From the NCBI GenBank assembly GCA_038064775.1, contig JBBTSG010000014.1:26708-68715 (forward strand): DNA of 42,008 bases. Reading direction: 5' to 3'. Below the pieces are notes generated by a model that saw only the letters and a list, made by a program, of their open reading frames with translations, had not been told where the DNA came from and searched no databases. The DNA comes from Patescibacteria group bacterium (GTDB taxonomy: Bacteria; Patescibacteriota; Minisyncoccia; UBA6257; GWB1-50-10). Shown here piece by piece: positions 8,876 to 19,500 of the stretch (within the stretch, counting starts at the first letter, position 1; each line of letters begins with the position of its first letter). Made by a program: the position numbers and the translations under genes.

Positions 8876-11245
8876 CTATTTCTTACTTAACGCAACAATT
8901 GTTTTAATAACCGTATCCGGATTTAAAGACATCGAATGGATGCCGGCTTTCACGAGAAATTCCGCGAAGTCGGGATAGTCCGACGGCGCCTGCCCGCAAA
9001 TGCCGATATATTTTTTCTTTTTGTTGCATTTCGCGATAATCTCGGCGATGAGTTTTTTTACCGATTCGTTTTTCTCGTTCGCGATGTGTGTTACGATGCC
9101 CGAATCGCGATCTAATCCGAGCGTAAGCTGAGTTAAGTCATTTGAGCCGATAGACATTCCGTCAAAAACTTCAAGAAATTTATCGGCAAGCAAAATATTT
9201 GAAGGAATTTCACACATCACATAAATTTTCAACGATTTATCTTTCTTCCGACTTAAGCCGTATTTCGCCATTGTTTTTACAACTTGCTCCCCTTCCTCCG
9301 GCGTGCGGCAAAAAGGAATCATCGGAATAACATTCGTAAGCCCCATTGTTTCGCGGACTTTTTTCATCGCTTTTACTTCCAAACCGAAAGCGGCTTCAAA
9401 CTTTGGATCGTAGTAACGGGAAGCGCCACGCCAGCCGATCATCGGGTTTTCTTCGTGTGGTTCATATGCCGCGCCCCCTAAAAGTTTTGAATATTCGTTC
9501 GTTTTAAAATCCGAAAAGCGAATTATCACTTCGTAGGGATGGAAAGCCGCGCCAATTTTTGCGATGCCTTCAGCAAGTTCGTCTATGTAATATTGGACTT
9601 TGTTTTTATAGCCCAGTGTTAATTTATCAATTTTTTCTTTGAGTTGCTTGTCTTTTAATTTCCCGTAATTTAATAAAGCGTTTGGGTGAATTTTAATATG
9701 AGAAGCGATAATAAATTCAAGCCGGCCCAAACCAACGCCTTCTACCGGCAAGTAATGATTTTTAAAGGCCTCATCTGGCGTACCGATATTTACCATAATT
9801 TTCACCGGCGGCTTTGGAATTTTCCCTAAATCATGCTCAATTGCTTCAAACGGCAGTTTACCGTCATAAACCACGCCGGTTTCACCCGAAGAACAATCGA
9901 CGGTTACTATTTGCCTGTTTTTAAGTTTCACGGTGCTGTTTTTTGTGCCGACAATACAAGGAATACTAAGTTCGCGGGAAACAATCGCGGCGTGACTAGT
10001 TCTTCCGCCTTCGTCAGTTACAATCGCGGAGGCAATTTTCATAATCGGTTCCCAGTCGGGATCGGTAATTCTTGTTACTAACACTTCGCCTTTTTTAAAT
10101 TCACCGATTTTTTTCGCACTCTCAATAACCCGCACCGCGCCCGCGCCAATTTTCGCGCCAACCGCAATACCACTTGTTAATATTTTACTTCTCTTTAAAA
10201 GATGATATTCCTTGTAAACTTTTTTACTCTCCATTGCATGAACAGTTTCCGGGCGCGCTTGAACGATAAAAAGTTCTTTGGTTTTTCCGTCTTTCGCCCA
10301 TTCAATATCCATCGGATGTTTGAAATGTTCCTCGATTTTCACACACCACTTAGCGAGCGTAATCACTTCGTCTTCTTTTAGGCAAAAACGATTTTTGTCA
10401 TTTTCAGAAATTGAAACTTTTTTCGTGCCAGTCGGCGCATAGATTAATTTAACTTTTTTCTCGCCAAGATTTTGGGCAATAATCGCTTTTTTCCCTTCGG
10501 CTAAAGTCGGCTTAAAAATAATCCACTCGTCGGGAATAACTTTGCCTTGAACAATCATTTCACCCAAACCCCACGAACCGTTTATAACAATAATTTTGTC
10601 AAAACCGGATTCGGTGTCAATTGTAAAAGCCACGCCTGATGAAGCCGCGTCCGAGCGAACCATTTTCTGAACGCCAACCGAAAGCGCGGCGTCAAAATGA
10701 GAAAAACCCTTGTCTTTACGGTAAGAAATTGCCCGATCAGTGAAAAGCGAAGCAATGCATTTTTTAGTAGCTTCGAGAACGGCTGATACTCCGCGAATAT
10801 TTAAATAAGTTTCCTGTTGGCCGGCAAAAGAAGCGCCGGGCAAATCTTCGGCTGTCGCAGAGGACCGAACAGCTGTATCAACATCCGCACCATACATTTT
10901 TTCAAGTTTCTTATAGGCCTTCGCGATTTCTCGTTCTAATTCTTTTGGTAATTTCGCTTCTACTATCGCTCGCCGCACCGCTTTGCCTCGCGCTTGGAGA
11001 TTTTTAATATTTTTTGTATTTAGTCCTTTAAGGATTTTTTTAATTTGCGCGTCAAGTCCGGTGGATTTTAAAAAGTAACGGTAAGCGTAAGCGGTTAAAG
11101 CAAAACCGTTTGGAATGTTAATGCCTAAGGGCGTAAGGCAAGCGTACATTTCGCCCAAGGCGGCATTCTTACCGCCGACTAAAGGCACGTCTTTAATCGT
11201 TAAATCCTTAAACCAAATAACAAATTGTTTCTTTTTATTAACCAT
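8876..11245 (-). CDS. ppsA: Phosphoenolpyruvate synthase (pyruvate, water dikinase)
   Basis: VGGKNA, AVRSSATAED, SFAGQ, GGRTSHAAI (phospho-His), EENPMIGWRG, SIGSNDLTQ, GICGQ. Confidence 0.96.
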   Translation of the reverse strand: MVNKKKQFVIWFKDLTIKDVPLVGGKNAALGEMYACLTPLGINIPNGFALTAYAYRYFLKSTGLDAQIKKILKGLNTKNIKNLQARGKAVRRAIVEAKLPKELEREIAKAYKKLEKMYGADVDTAVRSSATAEDLPGASFAGQQETYLNIRGVSAVLEATKKCIASLFTDRAISYRKDKGFSHFDAALSVGVQKMVRSDAASSGVAFTIDTESGFDKIIVINGSWGLGEMIVQGKVIPDEWIIFKPTLAEGKKAIIAQNLGEKKVKLIYAPTGTKKVSISENDKNRFCLKEDEVITLAKWCVKIEEHFKHPMDIEWAKDGKTKELFIVQARPETVHAMESKKVYKEYHLLKRSKILTSGIAVGAKIGAGAVRVIESAKKIGEFKKGEVLVTRITDPDWEPIMKIASAIVTDEGGRTSHAAIVSRELSIPCIVGTKNSTVKLKNRQIVTVDCSSGETGVVYDGKLPFEAIEHDLGKIPKPPVKIMVNIGTPDEAFKNHYLPVEGVGLGRLEFIIASHIKIHPNALLNYGKLKDKQLKEKIDKLTLGYKNKVQYYIDELAEGIAKIGAAFHPYEVIIRFSDFKTNEYSKLLGGAAYEPHEENPMIGWRGASRYYDPKFEAAFGLEVKAMKKVRETMGLTNVIPMIPFCRTPEEGEQVVKTMAKYGLSRKKDKSLKIYVMCEIPSNILLADKFLEVFDGMSIGSNDLTQLTLGLDRDSGIVTHIANEKNESVKKLIAEIIAKCNKKKKYIGICGQAPSDYPDFAEFLVKAGIHSMSLNPDTVIKTIVALSKK

Positions 11246-12521
11246 TTAAAGCGATGATTAAATCCGATACATTCGAACCGGTGTCGCCAGTTTCCAAATA
11301 ATCGCCGACTTTAGTGAAAAAATCATAAGAATTGTTCTTTTCCAAAAATTTTTCCGGACTGAGTTTCAACTTTTCTGATTTCTTTTTAGTTAAAGTATCA
11401 ACTAAAGCGCCAGCGTGACCGCTGTTATCTTTGCCGTCGGAAGCCAACGCTATAATTATCTGCTTTTCATTAATCGAGCGCAAAGCAGAAAGGGCTAATT
11501 CCTGATTCCGGCCACCCTTACCTTTGTTTTTAAGCGTGACCGTTGTTTCACCACCATAGAGCAAAACCTTTTTGGCGCCTACCGCTTCAAGATTTTTTTG
11601 AATAACCGCGCCCATTTCCTTAGCTTCGCCTCTAAATTTACGATCCACTATTTCTGCCGCGAAACCAAATTCCTCCGCTTTTTTTGCCATTGCCCTTAGC
11701 GCGATCTCGTTACTTAAAATGATAACGTTACGAACTCGTTCAAAATATTTATCTTCTTTCGGCGTTTCAATAAATTCGCTAGGCGTAAAACCCGAACAAT
11801 TTTTAAGATTGTATTTTTCGAATATTTTTCCCGCCTCAGCAACGGTAGTTGTGTCTTTAACCGTTGGCCCCGAAGCAATGAATTCAAGATTGTCACCTAA
11901 AACGTCTGAAAAAATAAGTGAAACAATTTTTGCCGGATACGCGGCTTTAGCCAAATTACCGCCACGGGCAAGCGACAAATGTTTGCGCACCGTGTTTAAT
12001 TCATAAATATCCGCGCCTTTTTTAGTTAAACACTCGAAAATTTTTAATTCTGCTTCAAGCGCAAAACCAGCCGGTCGACAAAGTAAGGTTGAGCCGCCGC
12101 CAGAAATTACAAAGATTACAAGATCATCTTCATTCAAGCCGGTAAGCATTTTAATAATTTCACCAGTCGCCTCAATATTTACCTTTGACGGTAATGGATG
12201 AGTGCCGGTAAAAACCTTTATTTTTTTTAAATGTCCTTTTCGAACATCAAGCACGATCCCCTCGTTTAACTTATCGCCTAAGATTCCATCAATTACCGCG
12301 CCTGACTCAAAAGAACACTTTCCAATACCAACAAAGAAAATCCTTTTAATTTTTTCAAGCTCAATTTCTTCACCGCCAAGGTGAAGAAATCGGCCAAGTA
12401 TTTTTACGTTTCGCTGTATGGCAGCAGTTGTATCAATCGCTTCAAGGCCCGCTTCAGCAATAAGCAAGGCAAATTTCCTTGAATCGTTTTCCGCAAGTTT
12501 ATCAAGATTCTTAATTTTCAT
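11238..12521 (-). CDS. Glycerate 2-kinase (DUF4147/MOFRL family)
   Basis: GTHPLP, ISGGGS, RKHLS, SDVLGD, IASGPT, GGETTV, GGRNQE, TGSNVSD. Confidence 0.9.
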   Translation of the reverse strand: MKIKNLDKLAENDSRKFALLIAEAGLEAIDTTAAIQRNVKILGRFLHLGGEEIELEKIKRIFFVGIGKCSFESGAVIDGILGDKLNEGIVLDVRKGHLKKIKVFTGTHPLPSKVNIEATGEIIKMLTGLNEDDLVIFVISGGGSTLLCRPAGFALEAELKIFECLTKKGADIYELNTVRKHLSLARGGNLAKAAYPAKIVSLIFSDVLGDNLEFIASGPTVKDTTTVAEAGKIFEKYNLKNCSGFTPSEFIETPKEDKYFERVRNVIILSNEIALRAMAKKAEEFGFAAEIVDRKFRGEAKEMGAVIQKNLEAVGAKKVLLYGGETTVTLKNKGKGGRNQELALSALRSINEKQIIIALASDGKDNSGHAGALVDTLTKKKSEKLKLSPEKFLEKNNSYDFFTKVGDYLETGDTGSNVSDLIIALNG

Positions 12522-12556
12522 GCCAAATTTATTCTAATCGCTCTAGCAAAAAAGAA

Positions 12557-12587
12557 AAAGCGCCCTTCGATAAACTCAGGACGCTTT
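12557..12587 (-). repeat. Family-A hairpin/terminator
   Basis: AAAGCGCCCTTCGATAAACTCAGGACGCTTT, near reverse complement of the 8446 copy. Confidence 0.85.
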
Positions 12588-12927
12588 AAAATATTTTAAA
12601 CCCAACTTTTTTGGCCTTTTTCAAAATCCATTCTTGTTTCCATTTTAAAACCGAGCTTTTTATAAGCAAAATTTCACCATTATTCATTACAACATAACGA
12701 TGCCAGCCACCAAATCCATAAATAGTACTGCTATCGTGAACTGAGATAGTAAATTCGGCTTTCACTCTTGGGCTATACCTCTTGTTATTTTTTGAAAGAT
12801 TTTTCCAGTGATCATGAAATGCTTTGAAGGAATAATCATCGGTGTCATTTTCTCTTTCCCGAAAACCCTCTCCTTCAACCTGAATCATCTTCTTAAACGC
12901 GTTTTTCTGAAAAATAAAAACCGGCAT
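12586..12927 (-). CDS. Hypothetical protein
   Basis: 113-aa ORF, GGAG SD, terminator immediately downstream. Confidence 0.6.
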   Translation of the reverse strand: MPVFIFQKNAFKKMIQVEGEGFRERENDTDDYSFKAFHDHWKNLSKNNKRYSPRVKAEFTISVHDSSTIYGFGGWHRYVVMNNGEILLIKSSVLKWKQEWILKKAKKVGFKIF

Positions 12928-12987
12928 AACTTTTCTCCAAAGTTTTTGTTATAAAATGTCTGATAAAATTTTAACTCCGAATAACTT

Positions 12988-13332
12988 CTATTTCAACTCA
13001 AGAACAATCAGTCCGCGCTTTCTTATTTTATCCCCATAAGCCGGAAAATGATCGTACATTTTTTGCAAATCTTCTTTTGAAGAAGATTCTGGGTTGATGT
13101 TTCTTGCTTTGTAAATCCGCAGCATTGCGTCCACCGAATCAAAACGGCGCGCCCGCGTAACTTTCTTTTTTAACTTAGAACTACCGCAAACAAAAGTAAT
13201 TTCATCGCCGGCTTTGATATCCCGATATCTAACAGAGGCCGCGCGCGTTTCCACTTTTTTCCGACCGCTTTCAATTGCGTCAAAAATAGCCTTTTCCGCC
13301 TTACGAATTCTAAAAACGTAACGTTTTACCAC
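12988..13332 (-). CDS. ASCH/PUA-like domain protein
   Basis: FDAIESGRKKVETR...IKAGDEITF matches the ASCH GxKxxExR motif. Confidence 0.85.
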   Translation of the reverse strand: MVKRYVFRIRKAEKAIFDAIESGRKKVETRAASVRYRDIKAGDEITFVCGSSKLKKKVTRARRFDSVDAMLRIYKARNINPESSSKEDLQKMYDHFPAYGDKIRKRGLIVLELK

Positions 13333-13335
13333 CCT

Positions 13336-13453
13336 TTAATTATACGCCTTTTTCTTTAGGATGTCGAGGTAACTCGCCGTTGTTGAATCTTTCCAATTTA
13401 ATCCTAACGCTTTTGAAATTTTCCACCCTGAATTTTAGTTCTATTTCTTTCAT
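13336..13453 (-). pseudogene. Internally deleted CYTH-family (CyaB-like) gene remnant
   Basis: ATG 13453 gives MKEIELKFRVENF (CYTH ExExK); a shifted frame gives KISKALGLNWKDSTTASYLDILKKK (CYTH-like C-terminus); the core is missing. Confidence 0.6.
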
Positions 13454-13854
13454 GGTTTTATTAGGAATTCTTGGATTCCTTCATTATCTAAAAATGGTTT
13501 TAAATCGGGATAATTACTGAATTCGCTTGCGACAATCCATTTCATTTCTGAGTGATCTTCCTTATTTACTTGGATGTCTTGAGTATCAAGTTCAATCAGG
13601 AATGGTATTACCGTCCATTTACCCTCACCATCAGTGATATCGAATGAATCTGATTTTCTAATAATACTTCCTTTTGTATTTAGCTCTTCTTTAACCTCTC
13701 TTATAATTGTTTCTTCGGGAGATTCGAGATTATCCATAAACCCTGAGATAAATTCCCACTGATTAGGAGCAAATTTCTTAGTTGCCGCACGTTTAGCAAT
13801 TAAGTACTTATTCTTATTTCTTATAACAGCTATTGTGATAACGTAAGTTTCCAT
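13450..13854 (-). CDS. NUDIX hydrolase
   Basis: SGFMDNLESPEETIIREVKEELN Nudix box. Confidence 0.88.
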   Translation of the reverse strand: METYVITIAVIRNKNKYLIAKRAATKKFAPNQWEFISGFMDNLESPEETIIREVKEELNTKGSIIRKSDSFDITDGEGKWTVIPFLIELDTQDIQVNKEDHSEMKWIVASEFSNYPDLKPFLDNEGIQEFLIKP

Positions 13855-13855
13855 A

Positions 13856-16399
13856 TTATTTCCCATGACACTTCTTATATTTCTCTCCTGATCCGCACCA
13901 ACAGGGATCGTTTCTTCCTATACTCTTGAATTCCGGTGGGGGCGCCTGCGTTTTTTGAGTTGGCTGATTTAGATTCTCCAGTTTCAAATCAAAAACCTGG
14001 AAAACCGTGTTAAAAACAATCGTTTCGAAATTCTTTTCGAGCGCTTGAAAAAGCTGATGCGCCTCGCGCCGATATTCCACAAGCGGTTCGTGCTGGCCGT
14101 AAGCGCGAATATTTACCGATTCGCGCAGACCGTCAAGATTTTCCAAGTGGTCAACCCAAAGCATATCTAAAATTCTGGCTAAATGTTGGCCGATTATAGC
14201 GGATCTTAACGGTTCAAATTCCGTGGGCACCGCCGCTACTTTTTTATTAAATTCTTCAAATTGTTTTTGCCCTTCTTCATTCGGTTGGCTTTCCAGTTGG
14301 TTTTTTGTTGCTCCTAAAACTTTTTCAAAAATTTCTTCCAAAATCGGCCTTACTTTATTTTCTTCGCCAAAGCGCAAAAACTTAGCACGCCGATCATAAA
14401 CAACTTTCCGCTGTTTGTTTAGCACATCGTCAAAATCAAGAAGATGATGGCGAATATCAAAATTCGCTCCTTCCACTTTCGCTTGCGCTTGGTTCACCAC
14501 CCGCGAAACCATACTTGATTCAATTGGAATATCAGAAGGAAAATTAAACCTTTCCATCAAAGCTTTTAACCGATCGCCGCCGAAAATCCGCGTTAAATCG
14601 TCTTCGAGCGAGAGAAAAAATCTTGAAGAACCCGGATCGCCTTGTCTGCCGCTCCGGCCGCGCAATTGATTATCAATCCGCCGCGCTTCGTGCCGCTCCG
14701 TGCCAATTATATGCAAGCCACCTAATTCTTTGATTCTTTCGGCAGCTGATTTATCCGGCGGATTGCCGCCTAAAACAATATCAACGCCACGGCCGGCCAT
14801 ATTTGTCGCAACAGTGACGGCGCCTAACCGACCAGCTTGAGCAATAATCTCCCCTTCCCGTTCGTTATTTTTGGCGTTTAAAACTTCATGAGGAACGTTA
14901 GCGCGCTTTAAATAATCAGAAATAATTTCGTTGTTTGTAATGGAGGTTGTGCCAAGCAACACGGGCTGGCCTTTTTTATTTTTTTCTTTAACTGCTTCGA
15001 CAATAGCTTCATATTTCGCCTGCTTAGTTTTATAAATTGCGTCAGAGTGATCCTCTCGAACCATTGGCCTATTTGATGGAATTGATTGAACGTCAAGGTT
15101 ATAAACTTTATGAAATTCTTCGGCTGAGGTTTGCGCCGTGCCAGTCATGCCGGCAATTTTTTGGTAAAGCCGGAAATAATTTTGAATGGTGATAGTCGCG
15201 TAAGTGCGGTTTTCCTGCCGCACCGCCAAATTTTCTTTTGCTTCAATTGCCTGATGAAGGCCGCCTGAATAACGCCGGCCGTAAAGAATGCGACCGGTAA
15301 ATTCGTCAACAATTAAAATTTCGCCGTTTTTTACCATGTATTCTTTGTCCCGCTTGAACAAAGTTTTGGCTTTCAAGCTTTCTTGCAAGAAGTGAACAAG
15401 TCGAGCGTTTGCCGGATCAAAAATATTTTTAATGCTGATCATTTTTTCCACCTTATCCAACCCTGCTTCGGTGATATTCACCGATTTTATTTTTTCATCA
15501 ACCGCGTAATCCTCTTCCGGTTTCAACGCTTCAACGACTTTGGCAAAAGTTTTGTAAAATTCGCTCGACTCCGCGTCTGGCGCGGCAATAATTAAAGGCG
15601 TCCGCGCCTCATCAATTAAAATACTATCCACTTCGTCAATGATGGCGTAATTATGTCCGCGTTGAACTTTATCGGCTAATTTCAGAGTAAGATTGTCTCG
15701 CAAAAAATCAAAACCAAATTCGTGATTAGTGCCATAAGTAATGTCCGCCAAATACGCCTCTTTTCTATTAATTGGCCGCAAAAATTTTTCAATAACGCGA
15801 AAACTGCCGACCTCGTCCCGTTCTTTGTCTAAATCACTAACTTCACCCTTCGACTCGCTCAGGGCAGGCCCTTCGACGCGGTTTAAAGCAAGAAATTCTG
15901 GATCATAAAGATAAGCGGTATCGTGAATAATGCAAGAAATTTTTAATCCGAGCGAGTGGTAAATTTGGCCCATCCAAACCGTATCGCGGCGCGCCAAATA
16001 ATCGTTCACGGTAACCACGTGAACGCCGCGTCCGGTTAAAGCATTTAAATACGTTGGTAATGTGGCGACTAATGTTTTTCCTTCGCCGGTTAACATCTCC
16101 GCAATTTTTCCTTCGTGAAGAACCATGCCGCCCATAAGCTGAACATCAAAATGGCGCTGGCCGAGTTCGCGTTTTGCCGCTTCGCGAACCAAAGCGAAAG
16201 CTTCCGGCAAAACTTCTTCAAGAACTTCTTTATCACCATTTTTTGATTTAACTTCTTCTCGCAGTTTTAATGATTTTTCCTTAAGTTCTTCGCTACTTAA
16301 CTTTTCAATTTCTTTCTCTTTATCGTTTACAAGCAAAACAACGCCTTCGAGGCGTCGCAGAATTCTTCCGGAGAATAATTTTGTTAAAAATGATGCCAT
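13856..16399 (-). CDS. secA: Preprotein translocase ATPase SecA
   Basis: MLTGEGKT, DEVDSILIDEARTPLII, ATNMAGRG, RRIDNQLRGRSGRQGDPG, SEC-C motif GRNDPCWCGSG. Confidence 0.98.
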   Translation of the reverse strand: MASFLTKLFSGRILRRLEGVVLLVNDKEKEIEKLSSEELKEKSLKLREEVKSKNGDKEVLEEVLPEAFALVREAAKRELGQRHFDVQLMGGMVLHEGKIAEMLTGEGKTLVATLPTYLNALTGRGVHVVTVNDYLARRDTVWMGQIYHSLGLKISCIIHDTAYLYDPEFLALNRVEGPALSESKGEVSDLDKERDEVGSFRVIEKFLRPINRKEAYLADITYGTNHEFGFDFLRDNLTLKLADKVQRGHNYAIIDEVDSILIDEARTPLIIAAPDAESSEFYKTFAKVVEALKPEEDYAVDEKIKSVNITEAGLDKVEKMISIKNIFDPANARLVHFLQESLKAKTLFKRDKEYMVKNGEILIVDEFTGRILYGRRYSGGLHQAIEAKENLAVRQENRTYATITIQNYFRLYQKIAGMTGTAQTSAEEFHKVYNLDVQSIPSNRPMVREDHSDAIYKTKQAKYEAIVEAVKEKNKKGQPVLLGTTSITNNEIISDYLKRANVPHEVLNAKNNEREGEIIAQAGRLGAVTVATNMAGRGVDIVLGGNPPDKSAAERIKELGGLHIIGTERHEARRIDNQLRGRSGRQGDPGSSRFFLSLEDDLTRIFGGDRLKALMERFNFPSDIPIESSMVSRVVNQAQAKVEGANFDIRHHLLDFDDVLNKQRKVVYDRRAKFLRFGEENKVRPILEEIFEKVLGATKNQLESQPNEEGQKQFEEFNKKVAAVPTEFEPLRSAIIGQHLARILDMLWVDHLENLDGLRESVNIRAYGQHEPLVEYRREAHQLFQALEKNFETIVFNTVFQVFDLKLENLNQPTQKTQAPPPEFKSIGRNDPCWCGSGEKYKKCHGK
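15846..15887 (-). repeat. Family-A hairpin plus a degenerate second copy, in frame inside secA
   Basis: Sense strand ...AACCGCGTCGAAGGG CCTG CCCTGAGCGAGTCGAAGGG encodes NRVEGPALSESKG. Confidence 0.8.
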
Positions 16400-16403
16400 T
16401 CTA

Positions 16404-16474
16404 TTAGGAGGTCGGGCGGATAGCGGTGACCTCCAATTTTTTTTGAATTAGCGAGTGCTCTATCTATCCGCCCG
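16404..16474 (-). promoter_or_regulatory. Structured secA 5' leader with two mutually exclusive helices
   Basis: CGGGCGGATAG (16413-23) pairs with CTATCCGCCCG (16464-74); GGAGGTC (16407-13) pairs with GACCTCC (16428-34). Confidence 0.55.
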
Positions 16475-16592
16475 TAGTATTATGCCACTTCAAGCTATCA
16501 ATGAACAAGGGTCATAAAATATTGATATTAAAAGCGAAAGAGAGGTATAGTTACGAAAGAATAATTTTACAAATTAATATAAGGAGTTGAAA

Positions 16593-19500
16593 ATGAAAAG
16601 AAATAGCTTAATTCTTACCTGTTTTTTGACGCTTTCGTTATTCTTTAACGAAACAGCGGAAGGACAAAGAAATCGGACGTTGATGTCAAGGCCTTTTGAA
16701 TGGCAAATGATTCGGGGTGATCATTATATGATTTACTTCCCTAAACAAACCGAAACTATTGCTAGAAAGGTGGCAAAAGAAATTCCGACTATTCTTAAAC
16801 TTTATTCGGAGAAAATTTTTGTCACAGAAAGACCAATAAATGTTCCAAAAGACACACTCGAAAAATACCGCTACACAAGCGACAATAAGCTACCAAAATG
16901 GCTTACGCATCGGCCGTTCATAAGCGATACTCTCGGAAATGTAATCTATAAAAAACTTTACTGGCTACCAGAAACGCTCGTTATCGTTCTTTATCCCAAT
17001 ATGCAAGATTTTGGTGAACAGCGAATTGTTGATGAGTTTTTCCCGCCGGGAGTTTTGGGATTTACCGAGTATGGAAATAATCGAATTGCTCTTCCGTATA
17101 GCGGTAATGATCACGAATTCAAAGCAACTTTAAGCCACGAAATCGCTCACGCTTGTCAAAATCTTTTTGTTAAAGATGAATCTGATGTTGCTGATAAGCT
17201 TGGTTTGCCAAACAACAGCAGGCCTCGATACCCTCTTTGGTTTAGCGAAGGGTTTGCGGAATTTTCTTCAAGCGATATTTATATGGATTCTCTAGGAGAG
17301 CAGAGCGATTATCGACGTTATCGCACCGAAGAAATAAATTTAGAACTCACAGTTAATGAGAAGATACCTTCGCTTGAAGAATTAAAATATAACGGCGGAT
17401 TTCTGGTTTACACTATGGGCTACGAATTCCTGCGCTTTATGGCAAAACGTTTTGCGCCTGATTCTATTTCAAATCTTATGAAAAAAACTGCGCGTAACGA
17501 GGATTTTGAAAAAGCTTGGCTTCACACCTTCAAAGAACCGCTTCTTACTTCAGAAACAGAATGGTGGAAAAAAAGAAAAGTGCTTTATGACTTAAGAACA
17601 CTTTTTGAAAAAGCTGATAAACTACCGCAGGAAAAAATCGAATCCGATTCGATACAGGGCATTAAAGAATTAGAAATAATCGGCAAGGCTGGTTTTGACC
17701 CAAAAACTAGAACGATTGTCTTTTACGAGCCAAAAAAGAAATGGGGCATTAATGTGGCAAGTTTCAGTTTCGATGATACGGATATTACCAAATCAAAAAT
17801 TGAAATTGACCATCAATTTGCAAATAAATCGCTTTGGTATCGTTTAAACAATCCACCGGCTGTTTTCGGCGATCGGGTTCTTATTACTCTTTCGGGCGTT
17901 AATCAAAATTACATCCGTATTTTTGAACTTCAGCGTGGAACCGATGGAGAAAGAACTGGCGTAGAACTTAAAGAAGAAATCACTATTCCTGGAATTCTTT
18001 GGGTTAAGGATTTCCGCTTCGAGAGCGAAGATTTATTTTACTTCGTCGGTATGGATACTCTTGGCGAAGAAAATATTTATAGTTATTCAATTCTAAAAAA
18101 GGAATTGTCGAAACTCACGAATACTTCAGTAGCTAAAGAACAACCGGGAATCTTTGATCAAAAACTTGTCTACATAGCGAGTGGTAACGCGCGCGATGAG
18201 CATTTTCTATGCATTGAAGAAAAAGGCGAGGTCTCTCGTGTTAGTTTTTCGAATGAACGATTCGTTGATCAATGGATTGCGGATTCTTCTTGGATTATTG
18301 TGAAAGTTTTAACCGATAAGGCGATCCCCGACCTTATCTTTTGGCCTAAAGGCAGTTCTTTCGCTTACCGATATAAGTATGGCAATCCTTTTTACGGCGA
18401 TACTGGTATAAATTACGTCCGTTACCCGTTTGTTAGCCAACTTCTCGGTTTTTCTTCCGATGGAAAATTCATAGTAAGGGAAAGTAAAACCAAAGACGCG
18501 GAAAATGGCCGTTTTGTAGTCATCACGCTCGATACAAGTCTTCTCGAAAAAATCGAAGTGAAAATCATAAAAGGAATTCCTCAATCTGCTCAATTTATAA
18601 ACGACACTTCTAAAGTTGAGCCGCCTAACGATTCTTATAAATATCGGGGCGATTTGCCGTTTGATAATATCTTCGGCATCGACTTCCCAGGAATGGGAAA
18701 AACGAACGCTACTGGTGAAAAAGGAATGGAGATTAGCATGTTACTTGACAGACGATATGCTTATCAACATATGGGAGTTCGCTGGTTTGATTTTTCGAAA
18801 AGGTTAAGAAAGGAAACGGGACTTGGCGTAACAGGTCAACTAAGAGTACGGCGCTCGCCGGAATCTGGGCAGGAAGAACTCATCAAAGGAGGTATTCTTG
18901 AACTGAAACGGAGTTATAGCTGGCCATTTGATCTCGAAAACAGCATTACTCTTATGGGTGGCGTTGGTTTTTATGCCCAGCAACCACCCGACATAACTGT
19001 TCGTGACACTACAAAAAAAGATTCTTTGAATTGTGGCATCTTTGGTTGTGGCGATACCTTGAAAACAGTTGCTCAACCCGCTTTCTTGCATTCAACCGTA
19101 ATTCGGCTTGAAGCGAAATTTGTTTCGGACGGCAGTTTCGTAGATTTTTTCCGTTCCACAAAACACGGACATTATCTTGCTGTAAACTACGGCGTCATTA
19201 AGGGATTTTTAGGAGCGCTTCACAATACCGAAATTAACACCGAATTTGATGTTGACTTACGGTATTACTTCCGACCTTGGCAAGCTCGTCCTTATTTAGC
19301 GACTAGAGTTTTTTACGGAATTTCAACTGGTTATGGACCGTACGCTTTTTTCAATCCAGATCTCTATCGCAAACCGGGTTTTTACAGATTTAATTGGAGT
19401 AAAAGTTTTGGTAATAAAGTCTTCCTTTATAATCTGGAAGCTCGATTCCCTCTTTTTAGATTCTTTATGACTAATTATGAATTTTGGGAACATGAACGGC

